Notes: generated by a model from the letters alone, not told the origin. Counted from the stretch's first letter, positions 1-10,821 are shown. The stretch: 64,000 nt of DNA from Rhodothermales bacterium (GCA_041690215.1 JAWLHQ010000005.1:234349-298348), one strand, 5' to 3'. Program-made: numbers and translations.

Positions 1-97
1 GCTTCTCACCAGTGAGCCAGCCGTTGTGCAGCATGTACAAACGCAGGTTCAACGCGCTCCGAAGGTCGGCCACGCGGTGCTGTTGATCCAGTGTCAT
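1..97 (-). CDS. 5' end of an unidentified gene running off the left edge (MTLDQQHRVADLRSALNLRLYMLHNGWLTGEK...)
   Basis: ATG at 97 on the minus strand, preceded by AGGAGGT (107-101). The frame is open to the window edge. Too short to assign a family. Confidence 0.45.
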   Translation of the reverse strand, partial: MTLDQQHRVADLRSALNLRLYMLHNGWLTGEK

Positions 98-380
98 AGT
101 ACCTCCTGTTTGGTGCGGCAAGACTACTCCCGTCCATCCAGGCATCTCAAGAGAGGTGGATGAAATGTGGAGAACGCACCACACGTGGAGGAAATAAGGA
201 CTCTATCCTAACAGATACTCGATAAGGCGCATCAACCACCACCGGTCCAGCCCCCTCTCTAAGATCACGGGCAGGTCGCTCCACATCCCACTACCCGGAT
301 GCGCTCATCTTGCCCGTTCCGTAAACAGCACCTACTTTACGGCCTCGTGTGTTCTCAGGTAGCTCTCACCCTTTTGCTCC

Positions 381-1331
381 ATGCGCCGCGTCCTGCTTAT
401 CGGCTTCATCATCATTGGAATTGCCATTCTCGTTGTGACCGGCCCGCCGATCACGTTCAAGCCGACTCGATTCGTCGCGATCACCATCGACGACCTCCCC
501 GCCACCTCGGCGCAGGACCTGGCAGAGATGCAGGCCCTCACGGACGACCTGCTGGCCCACCTGAAGAAGTTCGAAATTCCCGCCATAGGCTTCGTGAACG
601 AGGGTAAGCTCTTTGCGGGCGACAGCGCCAAAATCGAGGCCCACACCGCCCTCCTGCGAAGGTGGCTGGATGCCGGACTGGAACTGGGCAACCACACGTA
701 TGCGCACATCGACTTTCAGAATACCCCACTCGACTCGATCAAAGCGGATATCCTCCGTGGCGAACGTATCCTCCGCCCTCTGCTTGCTGAATACGACGCG
801 GTCCCCCGTTATTTCCGCCACCCCTTCCTGCACACCGGCCCCGATCTCCAGACCCGCGCCGCAATTGATAGCTTCCTGGCGGAGCAGGGCTACACCGTCG
901 CCCCGGTGACGATTGACAACAGTGAGTGGATCTACGCCGACGCCTACGACAAGGCACTGGACCGGGGCGACGCATCACTGGCCCACCGTATCGGATCGGA
1001 TTACATCCGCTACATGGAGGAGGTATTCGAATTCAATGAGGCCCTCTCCCACGACGTCGTAGGCCGAGAGATCAAACACGTCCTCCTCCTTCATGCCAAC
1101 CGGCTCAACGCCGACTACCTCGACGACGTCATCACTATGATCCGGAGGCGTGGCTATGCTTTCATCACGCTGGAGGAAGCCCTGCAAGACTCTGCCTACA
1201 CCTTGCCGGATACCTACGCCGGCCCGCGCGGGCTCTCCTGGCTCCAGCGCTGGGCCATCTCCAGGGGCGAGGCTCCCCGTGAAGAACCCGGCCCGCCCGG
1301 GTTCGTGATGGAGATCCACCGCACCAGGTAA
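381..1331 (+). CDS. polysaccharide deacetylase family protein (NodB homology domain) with N-terminal membrane anchor
   Basis: 316-aa ORF. Hydrophobic N-terminus MRRVLLIGFIIIGIAILVV. NodB-type motifs VAITIDDLP and LGNHTYAH. Confidence 0.85.
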   Translation: MRRVLLIGFIIIGIAILVVTGPPITFKPTRFVAITIDDLPATSAQDLAEMQALTDDLLAHLKKFEIPAIGFVNEGKLFAGDSAKIEAHTALLRRWLDAGLELGNHTYAHIDFQNTPLDSIKADILRGERILRPLLAEYDAVPRYFRHPFLHTGPDLQTRAAIDSFLAEQGYTVAPVTIDNSEWIYADAYDKALDRGDASLAHRIGSDYIRYMEEVFEFNEALSHDVVGREIKHVLLLHANRLNADYLDDVITMIRRRGYAFITLEEALQDSAYTLPDTYAGPRGLSWLQRWAISRGEAPREEPGPPGFVMEIHRTR

Positions 1332-1653
1332 AAGCCGTTCATGAAACCCGGCCTTCCCGGACACGGCAGAAGCTGTCCCTGCACCGGACACGCTAGCTTT
1401 CACCGGTAGAGTTACAGCATACGGCATCTGCCCCGGACCATTGAAGTTAGCCTGACCGTAGAGACGCAGACCTCGCGTCTCTACCAGACACAGCCGCTGC
1501 CCTTTGATAAAGTATCCGATGTAACCATGTTTGCCGTGAGCAGCCTGCAGAATTCCACGATCTGGCCTCCCCACCCTCGTCTCAACACGAATCGGTGACG
1601 CTCGTTCGTTATCAGAGAAATCCTCCCTCCAAAAAGTGCTAGCCGCCAGACCC

Positions 1654-2598
1654 ATGCGCCCCTTCCTCCTCTCCCTTCTGCTCCTCTCGGCCTGCACGGG
1701 AAATGTCGAAACGCAAAGCGAAGCGAGTGAACCCGTGGCTGCCGTGACGCAGGAAGGCGGCACGAACGCGGCGTTCGACAAGACTATCGCGGACCGGGCA
1801 ACGCTTCCACCCGCTCCCACCGCAACGTTGAGCAATATCGGCGGGTCGGCCGCATCCCTCCCTGTGGAGGTGCCTGCAAACCAGATGGTGATCCGAAATG
1901 TGAACCTGCAACTGGCCGTCGCCGCCCCCGAGTCTGCCGCCGTCGCCATCACCCGTATCGCCGAGGCGCAGGGCGGCTACGTGACGGAATCCAGCCAGTC
2001 ACGCCAGGGCAATGCGCTCCGAGCCCAGCTCACACTCCGTATTCCGGCAGAACGCCTCACCGAGACGCTGGAGGCCATCCGCAAGGTAGCCGTACGCGTG
2101 GAGCACGAGAACATCAGCGCGCAGGACGTGACGGCGGAGTATACCGATCTCGCAGCACGGCTCAAAAACCTGGAACTCGCGGAAACCGAACTGCGCGAAC
2201 TGCTCACCACGACCCGCGAGCGTTCCCAGAGAGCATCCGACATCCTCGAAGTCTACAACCAGCTCACCCACATCCGGGGAGAAGTCGAACGCACCAAGGC
2301 CCGCATCCAGTACCTCTCGCAGATGACGGCCTACTCGACCTTCCGGATATACCTCAACCAGGACGCAGGCACCGGACCGCTCGTCGGGACGGGCTGGCGT
2401 CCCATCCTCGCCGTGCGGGAGGCCGGGGCACAGCTCGTACGGACCCTGCAGGACGGAGTCGAACTCGGCATCTGGCTGGCCGTCTACGTGCTCCCGCTGT
2501 TGGTCCTGGTCGGAGTACCACTCTATGGGCTCTACCGCCTGCTCCGCCAACGCCTCCCGCGCCTCCGGCGCACGATTTCCAGCGAGGTAGGCAGCTAA
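1654..2598 (+). CDS. DUF4349-like lipoprotein (coiled-coil middle, C-terminal TM helices)
   Basis: Lipobox MRPFLLSLLLLSAC from ATG 1654 (the track ORF starts at GTG 1636). Coiled-coil segment DLAARLKNLELAETELRELL. Hydrophobic C-terminus. Confidence 0.7.
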   Translation: MRPFLLSLLLLSACTGNVETQSEASEPVAAVTQEGGTNAAFDKTIADRATLPPAPTATLSNIGGSAASLPVEVPANQMVIRNVNLQLAVAAPESAAVAITRIAEAQGGYVTESSQSRQGNALRAQLTLRIPAERLTETLEAIRKVAVRVEHENISAQDVTAEYTDLAARLKNLELAETELRELLTTTRERSQRASDILEVYNQLTHIRGEVERTKARIQYLSQMTAYSTFRIYLNQDAGTGPLVGTGWRPILAVREAGAQLVRTLQDGVELGIWLAVYVLPLLVLVGVPLYGLYRLLRQRLPRLRRTISSEVGS

Positions 2599-2625
2599 CC
2601 TCCGAAACAGAGGAACGGGGCTCTT

Positions 2626-4158
2626 TCACAAGGTGGTAATCACCTGCCCGACCAGTTGTGGTCGCTCGGTGGGGCCGAATGCCACATTGTGTTTCGAATC
2701 GATGAGGAGCCGGTCGCCATCGAATCGGAAGACTAGCGTGGAATAATAGGGCGTCTCGTAGGGTACTATCTTGATGGTGAACGCATCGTCCGCTGTCCAC
2801 GCACCGCTGGCCGCAACGAGCGGCTGCGCCGGTACACTCAGGAACCGATCGAGGCCGTTCGTGAAGCCGCTCGGGCTTTTAGCCCAGGACCCGATCCCGA
2901 TGGGGGTCCGGACTTCACCTTCCGATGTGCGCACGAGGAGCGCCGGGGATTCGGAGCTAAAATCCAGCGCGATAGCCTTCAGGCCGAGGTCATTCTCAGC
3001 GAGCGCATACCATTTACCCGACACGTCCGCTGCCAGGGGTGCGGACGGCTGTCCGGCCGGAAGCCGGAGGGTGAGTTGGGCAAGTTTCGCCTCGAGCGCA
3101 CTCTGGGCGGCCGCATCTTCCGGCAGAGGCTCGGCCTGCAACGCCGGCAGGAGCTTTTCCCAGACCAGGTTCAACACGGCCTGCATATCCCGAACTCCAC
3201 TCGTAATGGCCACCACAGCGTCATACTCGGGTAGCACGAGACAGTATTGTCCAAAAGCACCGTCGCCCCGGTAGGAATTATGACGGGAGCGCCAGAATTG
3301 ATAGCCGTACCCCTGATCCCAATCGCTGTCGGGTGATGAGCCGTTGGAGGTCTGCAGGGTTGTGGCGGCAGCCACCCAGGCGGCAGGGATGAGTTGCTGC
3401 CCGTTCCACACGCCGTTCTGGAGATACAGCTGCCCAAACCGGGCGATATCCTCCGTACGCGCCATCAGGCCGAAGCCGCCCGCCGTGATTCCTTCCGGAC
3501 TTTCATCCCACGTCGGGTTTTCGATCCCCAGCGGCTCGAACAACCGCGACCGGAGGTAGTCCAGCACCTTCATGCCAGTCGTCTTCTGCACGATGGCCGA
3601 GAGCATGTACGTGGCGGGCGTGTTGTAAAGAAAGTGCGTGCCCGGCTTGAATGGAACCGGGTGTTCGAGAAAGCGCTGCGTCCATGTTTTCTTTCCCGCC
3701 TCCGGATCGCTCAACCAGAAACTGGGCTCAGTCTGATGCCCGGTATTCATGCGCAGCAGATCGCGGACCCGCATCGCTCGAAGGTTCTGAGAAGGTTCAG
3801 CTGGCACTTCTTCCGGGAAGAACGATACGACCGGGTCATCGATGCTGAAATAGCCTTCCTCTATGGCCAGACCGACGGCCGTTGACGTAAAGCTCTTGCT
3901 CAGCGAGTAGAAGACGTGCTTCGTCTCTGGATCGTACGGTGCCCACCACCCTTCCGCTACGACGTGCCCGTTTCGCACCAGCATGAAGCTGTGCATCGCA
4001 TCGACCTCTTGATCGGCTGCCTCGATGAACGAGAGCAGCGCTGCAGATGAGACACCCTGCTCTTCGGGCGTACTGCGCGGCAAAGCGAGTGTGCTGTCGT
4101 CCAGGGTGGGCGAGGCTGCAGCTAAAAGCAAAGCGATCAGGACGAGAAGCGTATTCAT
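2626..4158 (-). CDS. secreted serine hydrolase, beta-lactamase/transpeptidase-like family
   Basis: SxxK motif in YSLSKSF. Signal peptide MNTLLVLIALLLAAA from the internal ATG at 4158 (the track ORF extends to 4245). Confidence 0.85.
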   Translation of the reverse strand: MNTLLVLIALLLAAASPTLDDSTLALPRSTPEEQGVSSAALLSFIEAADQEVDAMHSFMLVRNGHVVAEGWWAPYDPETKHVFYSLSKSFTSTAVGLAIEEGYFSIDDPVVSFFPEEVPAEPSQNLRAMRVRDLLRMNTGHQTEPSFWLSDPEAGKKTWTQRFLEHPVPFKPGTHFLYNTPATYMLSAIVQKTTGMKVLDYLRSRLFEPLGIENPTWDESPEGITAGGFGLMARTEDIARFGQLYLQNGVWNGQQLIPAAWVAAATTLQTSNGSSPDSDWDQGYGYQFWRSRHNSYRGDGAFGQYCLVLPEYDAVVAITSGVRDMQAVLNLVWEKLLPALQAEPLPEDAAAQSALEAKLAQLTLRLPAGQPSAPLAADVSGKWYALAENDLGLKAIALDFSSESPALLVRTSEGEVRTPIGIGSWAKSPSGFTNGLDRFLSVPAQPLVAASGAWTADDAFTIKIVPYETPYYSTLVFRFDGDRLLIDSKHNVAFGPTERPQLVGQVITTL

Positions 4159-4412
4159 AGGACGCAGGCTGAGGTGGAAGTGGCAATTCGTCCGGGTGGC
4201 AAGTACCCCTGAGATCCACAGATGGCGTGCCGGAAATTTGTACAAATCGGACCGCTGCGTGCCCGGGCGACGTGCGTTGGACCGGTAAAATTCAGGATAT
4301 CGTCCGGAACGTCTTCAGTCAAGGGGGGCTCAAAATAGATGACTATCTACCCTGCATGAGGCTGCAGATTCGGTTTGTCTCAGTCTCCCCCGCACCGTAG
4401 CTTGCCATTTGC

Positions 4413-5201
4413 GTGCGGGCATTGAGACACCTGCGCAATGAGGTAAAGGCGCCTATGCAGCGGATCATCAAACTGGCACGGGAAGGAAAGCGGGCATTCG
4501 TAGCACTCAACCTTTATAAGGTCATCGAGCCTGTCAATCCCTTCCTTATGCGACTCAGCTTCCTCTCGAAGCAGGCCGAATGGATCAGCCGCCACCAGAA
4601 CCTCCCATTCTCCGACCGGGGAGATCCCGGCCTCCACCACGAAAAGCGCTACACGCTGTACCAGTATATCCTCGCCGCCGAACGGCTCGATGAGGCAATC
4701 GATTACCTGGAGTTCGGCGTCGGGCATGGGCATTCCTTCCGGTGGTGGATCGAACACAACCGGAACCCGGAGTCCCGCTTCGTCGGCTTCGATACCTTTA
4801 CCGGCCTGCCAGAAGATTGGGGAGTATATAAACGGGGCACATTCTCGTCAGGAGGCCACCCACCCGAAATTGACGACAGCCGCATCCAGTGGGTGCCTGG
4901 TCTCTTCCAGGATACCCTCCCCGGCTTCCTCGCGACCTACTCCCCCACCCGCCGCAAGCTGATCCACCTGGATGCGGACATGTACAGTTCCACCCTGTAC
5001 GTTCTTACCATGCTCGCCCCCCATCTACGACAGGGCGATCTTCTCCTCTTCGACGAGTTCGGCGTCCCCACCCACGAATTCCGCGCCTTCACCGACTTCG
5101 TCTCCGCCTATCGCATCCAGTACCAGGTTCTCGGACAGGTCAACAACTACCTGCAAGTGGCCATCAAGCTGCTAGCCGATCCCATTCCGGACAAACGGTA
5201 G
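4413..5201 (+). CDS. class I SAM-dependent methyltransferase-like protein (TylF/macrocin O-methyltransferase-like)
   Basis: 262-aa ORF with LEFGVGHGHS glycine-rich loop, FDTFTGLP and HLDADMY motifs. Alternative start ATG 4455. Confidence 0.55.
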   Translation: MRALRHLRNEVKAPMQRIIKLAREGKRAFVALNLYKVIEPVNPFLMRLSFLSKQAEWISRHQNLPFSDRGDPGLHHEKRYTLYQYILAAERLDEAIDYLEFGVGHGHSFRWWIEHNRNPESRFVGFDTFTGLPEDWGVYKRGTFSSGGHPPEIDDSRIQWVPGLFQDTLPGFLATYSPTRRKLIHLDADMYSSTLYVLTMLAPHLRQGDLLLFDEFGVPTHEFRAFTDFVSAYRIQYQVLGQVNNYLQVAIKLLADPIPDKR

Positions 5202-5329
5202 GATAGAGGTGAAGATAGCAGGTAGACACGGAAGGCTCCCCTTTCCTGGCGGGCTCCCTTTACTTCTACGTATATAACGGAAACATCAGTGAGGCCAAAA
5301 ATCACGAAGTCCGAGTTACCCCGATCTGC

Positions 5330-5869
5330 TTAACGGATCATCTCCGCGGCCGTGATGACCTCCGGCGACTCCGGCCAGAGCGCGTGGCGCAGTTGCTTAT
5401 CGTACATGATGGCGAGCAGGACGAGCAAGATAACCGTACCGACTACGAGGAAGAGAAGCCGGTTCATCGGGTCCTTTCGCATCCTCCGCCGCACCTCCTC
5501 TTCCTGCTCGATCCACCACCACGCCGGCCGTTTTGGATCGTGCATCTTCATGGACCCCGGATACGTCTGGCGGCCGGGGTCATGCGACCAATCCCGGAGG
5601 GCGATCTGTCGCAAAACGTGTGTTTCCGTACGCCGGGAAAAGGACAGGCTGACGAACAGAGCACTACACAGAAACAGCAGCCCGACGCCCAGCAAGTAGA
5701 TTCCGCCGCTCTCAACCCGTGTCATTACAGCAAGGCATACCAGACCTGCTGTGGTGAGAAACGTCGTCAGCGTGGCGCGCACGGTACTGAAGTGGCGGAT
5801 GCTGTCGCCCAACTCCTTGTATTCGAGTTTGTAGCGCTCCATGTCGGAGAGCGGCTCCGGTTGTGACAT
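5330..5869 (-). CDS. hypothetical integral membrane protein
   Basis: Several hydrophobic helices (e.g. LTTFLTTAGLVCLAVM, IYLLGVGLLFLCSALFV, LLFLVVGTVILLVLLAIM). Start chosen at MSQPEP. Confidence 0.5.
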   Translation of the reverse strand: MSQPEPLSDMERYKLEYKELGDSIRHFSTVRATLTTFLTTAGLVCLAVMTRVESGGIYLLGVGLLFLCSALFVSLSFSRRTETHVLRQIALRDWSHDPGRQTYPGSMKMHDPKRPAWWWIEQEEEVRRRMRKDPMNRLLFLVVGTVILLVLLAIMYDKQLRHALWPESPEVITAAEMIR

Positions 5870-6069
5870 ATGAGAACCGGGAGAACATGGGAAAGAGTGC
5901 GAGATGTGAACGTGGCAAGTGTACGCCATGCTACGCACCATCACAAGATGAAGTGATGAAGCGCTACAGGTGGCCGACGGGGATTGCCCCTTGTCCGCTG
6001 CAGAGCCGCACCCTACCTTTCCATTTTTCCTTTATGCGTGCGCAGCGCACTCACTCCAGGAGGCCCTAC

Positions 6070-6645
6070 ATGAAACCAATGTACGCACTTGTATGCACCA
6101 TGCTCTTGCTGTTCGGCGCGTGTTCCGATGCACCCGAGACGTCCGGCTCGAACCCCTCCGCCGAGATGGATACGGAGCCATCACCCGGCATCGATGCCGA
6201 CCTCGCCTCGGTACAGGCGTATGAACTCACGATGGAAGGCATCGACAAGTACTACGAAGCCATGAAGAACGTGAGGATCGCGATGAACGAGCTATCGCCC
6301 GAAGAGCGGGAGCAGCTCGAAATGGAACTGAACGCAGAGGAAAGCAACAGCCTCGAAGACATGGCCACCAGCATCGATCGGAACACGCTTTATCGTGAAG
6401 CCCTCGATGATGCCGGGCTGTCTGCGGAAGAATTCGCGATTCTCACTATGTCGATCCTGCAGAGCGGAATGGCCGCCGCCATAGTCGATATGCAACCGAA
6501 CGCGAACCCCGATTCGCTAATCCGGGAAATGCATGCCAACCCGAAAAACGTGGCATTCATGCGGGAAAACCGGGATGCGCTAGATGCAAAACAGCAGGCC
6601 ATGGAAGCAGAACTGGAAGCCCTGGGCATCTCCGACGAGGAGTAG
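6070..6645 (+). CDS. hypothetical acidic lipoprotein
   Basis: Lipobox MKPMYALVCTMLLLFGAC from ATG 6070 (the track ORF starts at 5863). Followed by a strong terminator. Confidence 0.6.
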   Translation: MKPMYALVCTMLLLFGACSDAPETSGSNPSAEMDTEPSPGIDADLASVQAYELTMEGIDKYYEAMKNVRIAMNELSPEEREQLEMELNAEESNSLEDMATSIDRNTLYREALDDAGLSAEEFAILTMSILQSGMAAAIVDMQPNANPDSLIREMHANPKNVAFMRENRDALDAKQQAMEAELEALGISDEE

Positions 6646-6707
6646 GTTACATCCCACCCTATCGGAGCGATTAGCCAGGTACAATCGCTTCTACTGACGA
6701 AGCTACC

Positions 6708-6760
6708 GCCCCATCGCCTGTGTGCTCTCCTCATCGGGGTACACAGGCGATGGGGCTTTT
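6708..6760 (+). terminator. rho-independent terminator
   Basis: Perfect 16-bp stem GCCCCATCGCCTGTGT (6708-6723) / ACACAGGCGATGGGGC (6741-6756), followed by TTTTCGTT. Confidence 0.75.
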
Positions 6761-7043
6761 CGTTATCCTGTCAGACTGCCGGAAACGCCCGACCAGGCCC
6801 CGTCAGCCGCTTCGACGAGCCCCATGTAAGCAGTCACGCAACCCTCACACGGAGGGTATCAATACATAGGAGGCATTAGCCGGTGAAGCAGCTGGACTGA
6901 GAGGTAATTGAACAGAAGAACCGTTTGGGTACACGCAGCGGTGCAAGTCAGGCAGGCCTGGCCGGATAGCGATGCCGAATCCCTGAAAGAAGTCAAACCA
7001 CTTCCCCGCATCGAGCCCAGCCTGGCACACGACCGGCTCCTGT

Positions 7044-7709
7044 CTATTTAGCGGCCTGCTCCGCGGGCTCCGGCGTTGCGGCTCCATCGCCGGGCAGTTC
7101 CTCAGTCCCATTCGGTCCGGAAGAGCCGTTCAGGACGGGCAGTTCGTGCTCGAGCTGGAAAGTTTCAGCCTTTTCCTGTGTCCAGGCGGGGTCGTACAAC
7201 ATGCCGGTGCAGAGACACATTCTCCGCTGCGTCCGGGTGAGGATGTCGTAGTTCGGGCAGCTCCGGCATCCATTCCAGAACACCTCGTCCTGCGTGAGTT
7301 CAGAGAACGTGACGGGCCGGTAGCCCAGCTCCGTATTGATCTTCATCACGGCGAGACTCGTCGTGATGCCGAATATCTTCGCTTCCGGATACTTCTTCCG
7401 GGAGAGTTCGAATGCCTTCTGCTTGATTCGCTTCGCGACACCCGAATGGCGGTACTCCGGTATGACGATGAGACCGGAATTGGCCACATATTTCCCGTGC
7501 TGCCACGTCTCTATGTAGCAGAATCCGACGAAACGCTCTCCCTCCGTAGCAATTACGGCCTTCCCCTCCTCCATCTTCTGACGAACGTAAGCCGGCTCGC
7601 GCTTGGCGATACCTGTTCCCCTGGCCTTTGCAGCTTCCTCGATGATCCGGCAGATCTCTTCGGCATATCCGAAATGCTGCGGGCCGGCCACGTCGACCGT
7701 TATGTTCAT
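7044..7709 (-). CDS. GNAT family N-acetyltransferase with Cys-rich C-terminal extension
   Basis: 221-aa ORF. Acetyl-CoA-binding-like segment IVIPEYRHSGVAKRIKQKAFE. C-terminal CRSCPNYD...CLCTG cysteines. Confidence 0.75.
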   Translation of the reverse strand: MNITVDVAGPQHFGYAEEICRIIEEAAKARGTGIAKREPAYVRQKMEEGKAVIATEGERFVGFCYIETWQHGKYVANSGLIVIPEYRHSGVAKRIKQKAFELSRKKYPEAKIFGITTSLAVMKINTELGYRPVTFSELTQDEVFWNGCRSCPNYDILTRTQRRMCLCTGMLYDPAWTQEKAETFQLEHELPVLNGSSGPNGTEELPGDGAATPEPAEQAAK

Positions 7710-8043
7710 CTATAGGTTATACGGGTAAAGGGGTTAACGCTCTCGTACCGACCGGGTACAGAGCGCATCCAATGACAAAGCGCAAGACTTGTTTCGTCCC
7801 AACGAAGCTCTCCACGATTCTTCCCGTAGGGTCAGTGGAACGTTTGGATAATTCACACGCTGCAGACGATTGTAATTTGCATGTAACTGCGTACATTCTG
7901 CGCAGTCCATGCTCATGTGAACAGGACGCAGCACGCCATCCGCCTCCATGAATATTCCAGTGTAGGGAGCGCGTCGCACGGTACCCGTTGAACCGGCTCT
8001 CCCCCTGACATAAGCAGCCCTCCTTCACTAAGCCGATACGACT

Positions 8044-10386
8044 TTGAAACGACTGTTACTCCTCCCTGCGCTGTTCTTCGCGCTCGTGGCGCACGCGCAA
8101 ACCCCGACATTGAAAGTGATCGACTCCACACCTGCGAACGGAGCCACTAACGTCTCGACTGCCGGAGCCATTGACGTCAGCTTCACCTTTAACGAGCCCC
8201 TGGAAAGCCTGTCCCACGCGCTTGACCTGGTTACTCTGGTCGGCGGCGGTGACATAGATGACCTCGAAGCTTCGCTCAGTGCCGATAAGAAGACGCTCAC
8301 GTTCGAGTTGGCACACAGAGCTGATACCGACTACCTGTGGATCGTTTCCGGATCCTATCTCGTTGATCCCGAATGCGCTGAGGACCAAGGGGCGCAGACC
8401 GAAATCGTGAGCATGCAGGAGCCCTATATCCTGCATTACACCACAAGTGGGTCCATGGGCGTGTATACGGTGAGCGGGACTGTCGATGCCTCTGGAGCCA
8501 GCGCCGCGAAGACGGCACTCTCCGTCGGCACACTGAACCTGGGTAAGATATATACCCTGTCGCCCCGCAAAGTTACCCCGCAGGTTTCCACCTCGTCCAC
8601 TGCAACACCGCAGGCGAGTGTAGGTATGGCCCTACCCCTCGCACGACAGACCAGGCTCTCCACCAGCGCTGCAGAGGTCGGAGGCTCGCTGGTTCTCCTG
8701 GTCCATACTGATAATCCGAACCCGGACCTTGAAGAGAATGCACGGATTGCAGGAGCAGCTGTAGTCGGAGCAGACGGTTCGTATACCGTCAGCCATGTCC
8801 ATCCCGGTTCGTACCTGGCCGTCGCCATGAGCGATTTCCAGTTCGGGAAAGCGCTGGATCTGAGTCTGATTGGCCTGATCGATCAGTTCCTCATTGGGAC
8901 CTACGACGATAATGATCCCGATCCCGATCCCAATGTGATCAACATCACCAGCGGGTCCTTGAGTGGAATCGACATCACGATGCGTCCAGTGTCCTCGTAT
9001 GCCGTGACCATGGAAGAAGCGGAAGCTGATGCGCAAGATCTGGCAGAGACACTCACGAGTGAATCCAACCTCACACTCCTCGGCGCGTCGAGTTTCCTGA
9101 TGGATTCCGATGGAAAGTCCCCGTTCTGGACGTTCGACTATGCCGTGCCCCCAACGGAGGAGGATCTGATTACCGTCGCACGGCTCGCATTTCTCACGTA
9201 TTCGGATGGGGCCACCAGCGATGCCTCGGATTTTGATCCGTTCCCGGCAAGCTACAAGACGCCGGCCGAGGTGCTGACAGCGCTCAATGCCGATAGCCGT
9301 GTACAGGCATTCATGAGCACACTCGGTGCAAAAAAGACCACGATTGCTGTCCTGGGTGGAGATGCTTATCTCTATGGAGACCCCTTTGCCATGGCACATG
9401 CCGACAAAAATCTCTGGCAGGTGACTATCCTGGCATTAGGGAATGCTCTGGACTTATATAGCAGCGTTGCACTATCAGGATACGTCGATGCTGAGACAGG
9501 CGCTATCGTCGATGTACTGACGTTCCCGAACGAGCCGTTCGCGTACACGAGCACCACGCGCGCGGCAGCAAATGTGGTCCTGGAATCCGCATCGCCTACC
9601 TCGCTCTTCCATGTTTTTGCATACGACGTAGACCCGTCCACCGGCAAGGCACAGGCTTGGAGTCACGATTATTTTGCGGACCCAACGGAGATCTTCGCTG
9701 CTCGCGTAACAATGAGCGGAGTGATCTCGCTAGCCTACCCCATTTTTACTAATGGTCTGCCTGCTGGGGTGGCGACCGTTCCTGCAAATCCCGCACCGCT
9801 CACAGATGCACTGGCCCTCGCTGACGAAAAGGTGGGTGACGAAGTCCGCGCGAAACTCGGCAACAATTATGTGATCTCGGTCGAGGGAGGATATGCGCAG
9901 TTCCTACTTGCGTCGGACACAAACATCCTGAATGACCTTCCGAACCTGGCTTCGACTCCGGTCTGGGTCATTTCCTACGAAACACTTGTATTCGACGAAA
10001 CTGACTGCAGCTTCGAGGATACGGTCACGGCGGCCGTGATCATCGACATGGAGACGGGCGCATACATCAAGGAACTCGGCTACAGTATCCCGATCCCGAA
10101 TGAGCCCGATGACGACATTGCGTTCGATACGGGACTCGGAGCAGGTTTCCCGAACCCGTTTGCAACGGAGGCCACCATTCCCTTCTCGCTTGTCAGCGCG
10201 AGTAATGTGTCGCTGAAAGTTTACGACGTTCTCGGCCGTGAGGTCGCTACCCTCGTAGACGGTTTGGTCCCTGCCGGTGAACAAACGGTCCGTTGGAACG
10301 CGACCGGCCATCCGAGCGGCGTCTACTTCGTCCGCCTCACCGTGGATGGCGCCACGTACACGCAAAAGATCGTCCTGCGGAAATAG
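8044..10386 (+). CDS. secreted protein with N-terminal Ig-like (SbsA-type) domain and T9SS C-terminal sorting domain
   Basis: Signal peptide MKRLLLLPALFFALVAHAQ. LKVIDSTPANGATNVS Ig-like start. C-terminus FPNPFATEATIPFSL...LKVYDVLGREVATLVDG...SGVYFVRLTVDG...KIVLRK matches the T9SS CTD pattern. Confidence 0.85.
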   Translation: MKRLLLLPALFFALVAHAQTPTLKVIDSTPANGATNVSTAGAIDVSFTFNEPLESLSHALDLVTLVGGGDIDDLEASLSADKKTLTFELAHRADTDYLWIVSGSYLVDPECAEDQGAQTEIVSMQEPYILHYTTSGSMGVYTVSGTVDASGASAAKTALSVGTLNLGKIYTLSPRKVTPQVSTSSTATPQASVGMALPLARQTRLSTSAAEVGGSLVLLVHTDNPNPDLEENARIAGAAVVGADGSYTVSHVHPGSYLAVAMSDFQFGKALDLSLIGLIDQFLIGTYDDNDPDPDPNVINITSGSLSGIDITMRPVSSYAVTMEEAEADAQDLAETLTSESNLTLLGASSFLMDSDGKSPFWTFDYAVPPTEEDLITVARLAFLTYSDGATSDASDFDPFPASYKTPAEVLTALNADSRVQAFMSTLGAKKTTIAVLGGDAYLYGDPFAMAHADKNLWQVTILALGNALDLYSSVALSGYVDAETGAIVDVLTFPNEPFAYTSTTRAAANVVLESASPTSLFHVFAYDVDPSTGKAQAWSHDYFADPTEIFAARVTMSGVISLAYPIFTNGLPAGVATVPANPAPLTDALALADEKVGDEVRAKLGNNYVISVEGGYAQFLLASDTNILNDLPNLASTPVWVISYETLVFDETDCSFEDTVTAAVIIDMETGAYIKELGYSIPIPNEPDDDIAFDTGLGAGFPNPFATEATIPFSLVSASNVSLKVYDVLGREVATLVDGLVPAGEQTVRWNATGHPSGVYFVRLTVDGATYTQKIVLRK

Positions 10387-10413
10387 GACAGATACGCATT
10401 CCCATGGAATCCT

Positions 10414-10449
10414 GGGCGGGAAAAGGGCGACGCGCTTCTCTTCCCGCCC
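10414..10449 (+). terminator. possible terminator hairpin after the T9SS cargo gene
   Basis: GGGCGGGAA (10414-10422) pairs with TTCCCGCCC (10441-10449). The tail ATTCTGTCTG is only moderately U-rich. Confidence 0.4.
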
Positions 10450-10517
10450 ATTCTGTCTGATACCGCCTGATCCTTCAGCACATGCAGGGTTCTCTTGGTT
10501 GCGAATGGCCTCTCGCC

Positions 10518-10778
10518 TCACGTCGCCTGCTTACGGTATACGATGGTGCGGATGTGCTCGTGGCTCAGCGAAAAATCTCGCGCAAGGATGCGCGTCGCTT
10601 CTTCGACGGTAGCATGCGCTCTGAGCGCCTGAAAACGACGGCAGATGATCTGATCCCTCAAAGCCCGTTCCACGGCGCGTACCACGCGCGGATCGCTGAG
10701 CACCTCCAGTATGTCACTCGGCTTGTGTTCGGCATTCATGACAGCAGGGTGTTTAAGATTGCGGGATGGACGATTCAA
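10518..10778 (-). CDS. small HTH protein (Mor/sigma-70 region-4-like C-terminus)
   Basis: 86-aa ORF ending ...ATVEEATRILARDFSLSHEHIRTIVYRKQ, a helix-turn-helix-like segment. Directly downstream of the 10822-11589 gene on the same strand. Confidence 0.4.
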   Translation of the reverse strand: MNRPSRNLKHPAVMNAEHKPSDILEVLSDPRVVRAVERALRDQIICRRFQALRAHATVEEATRILARDFSLSHEHIRTIVYRKQAT

Positions 10779-10821
10779 AAAGGGTTGAGGGTTACGAGGC
10801 GTGTAACAGTCTGCAGGTGCG

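Noticed and set aside
1458-1484. Perfect 10-bp palindrome GTAGAGACGC-AGACCTC-GCGTCTCTAC downstream of the deacetylase gene, considered as a terminator.
   Set aside because: There is no U-tract on either strand and only a single copy in the window. It is mentioned only alongside the other isolated palindromes.
975-1952. Long ORFs antisense to, or out of frame with, clearly identifiable genes. Examples: 975-1952(-), 13960-15774(+), 19551-20546(+), 29385-30377(+), 32456-33628(+), 34969-36021(+), 36323-37321(+), 50645-52513(-), 61186-62175(-).
   Set aside because: They overlap genes with strong family signatures on the other strand. They have Arg/Pro/Gly-rich compositions typical of shadow frames in high-GC DNA. 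None shows a recognisable motif.
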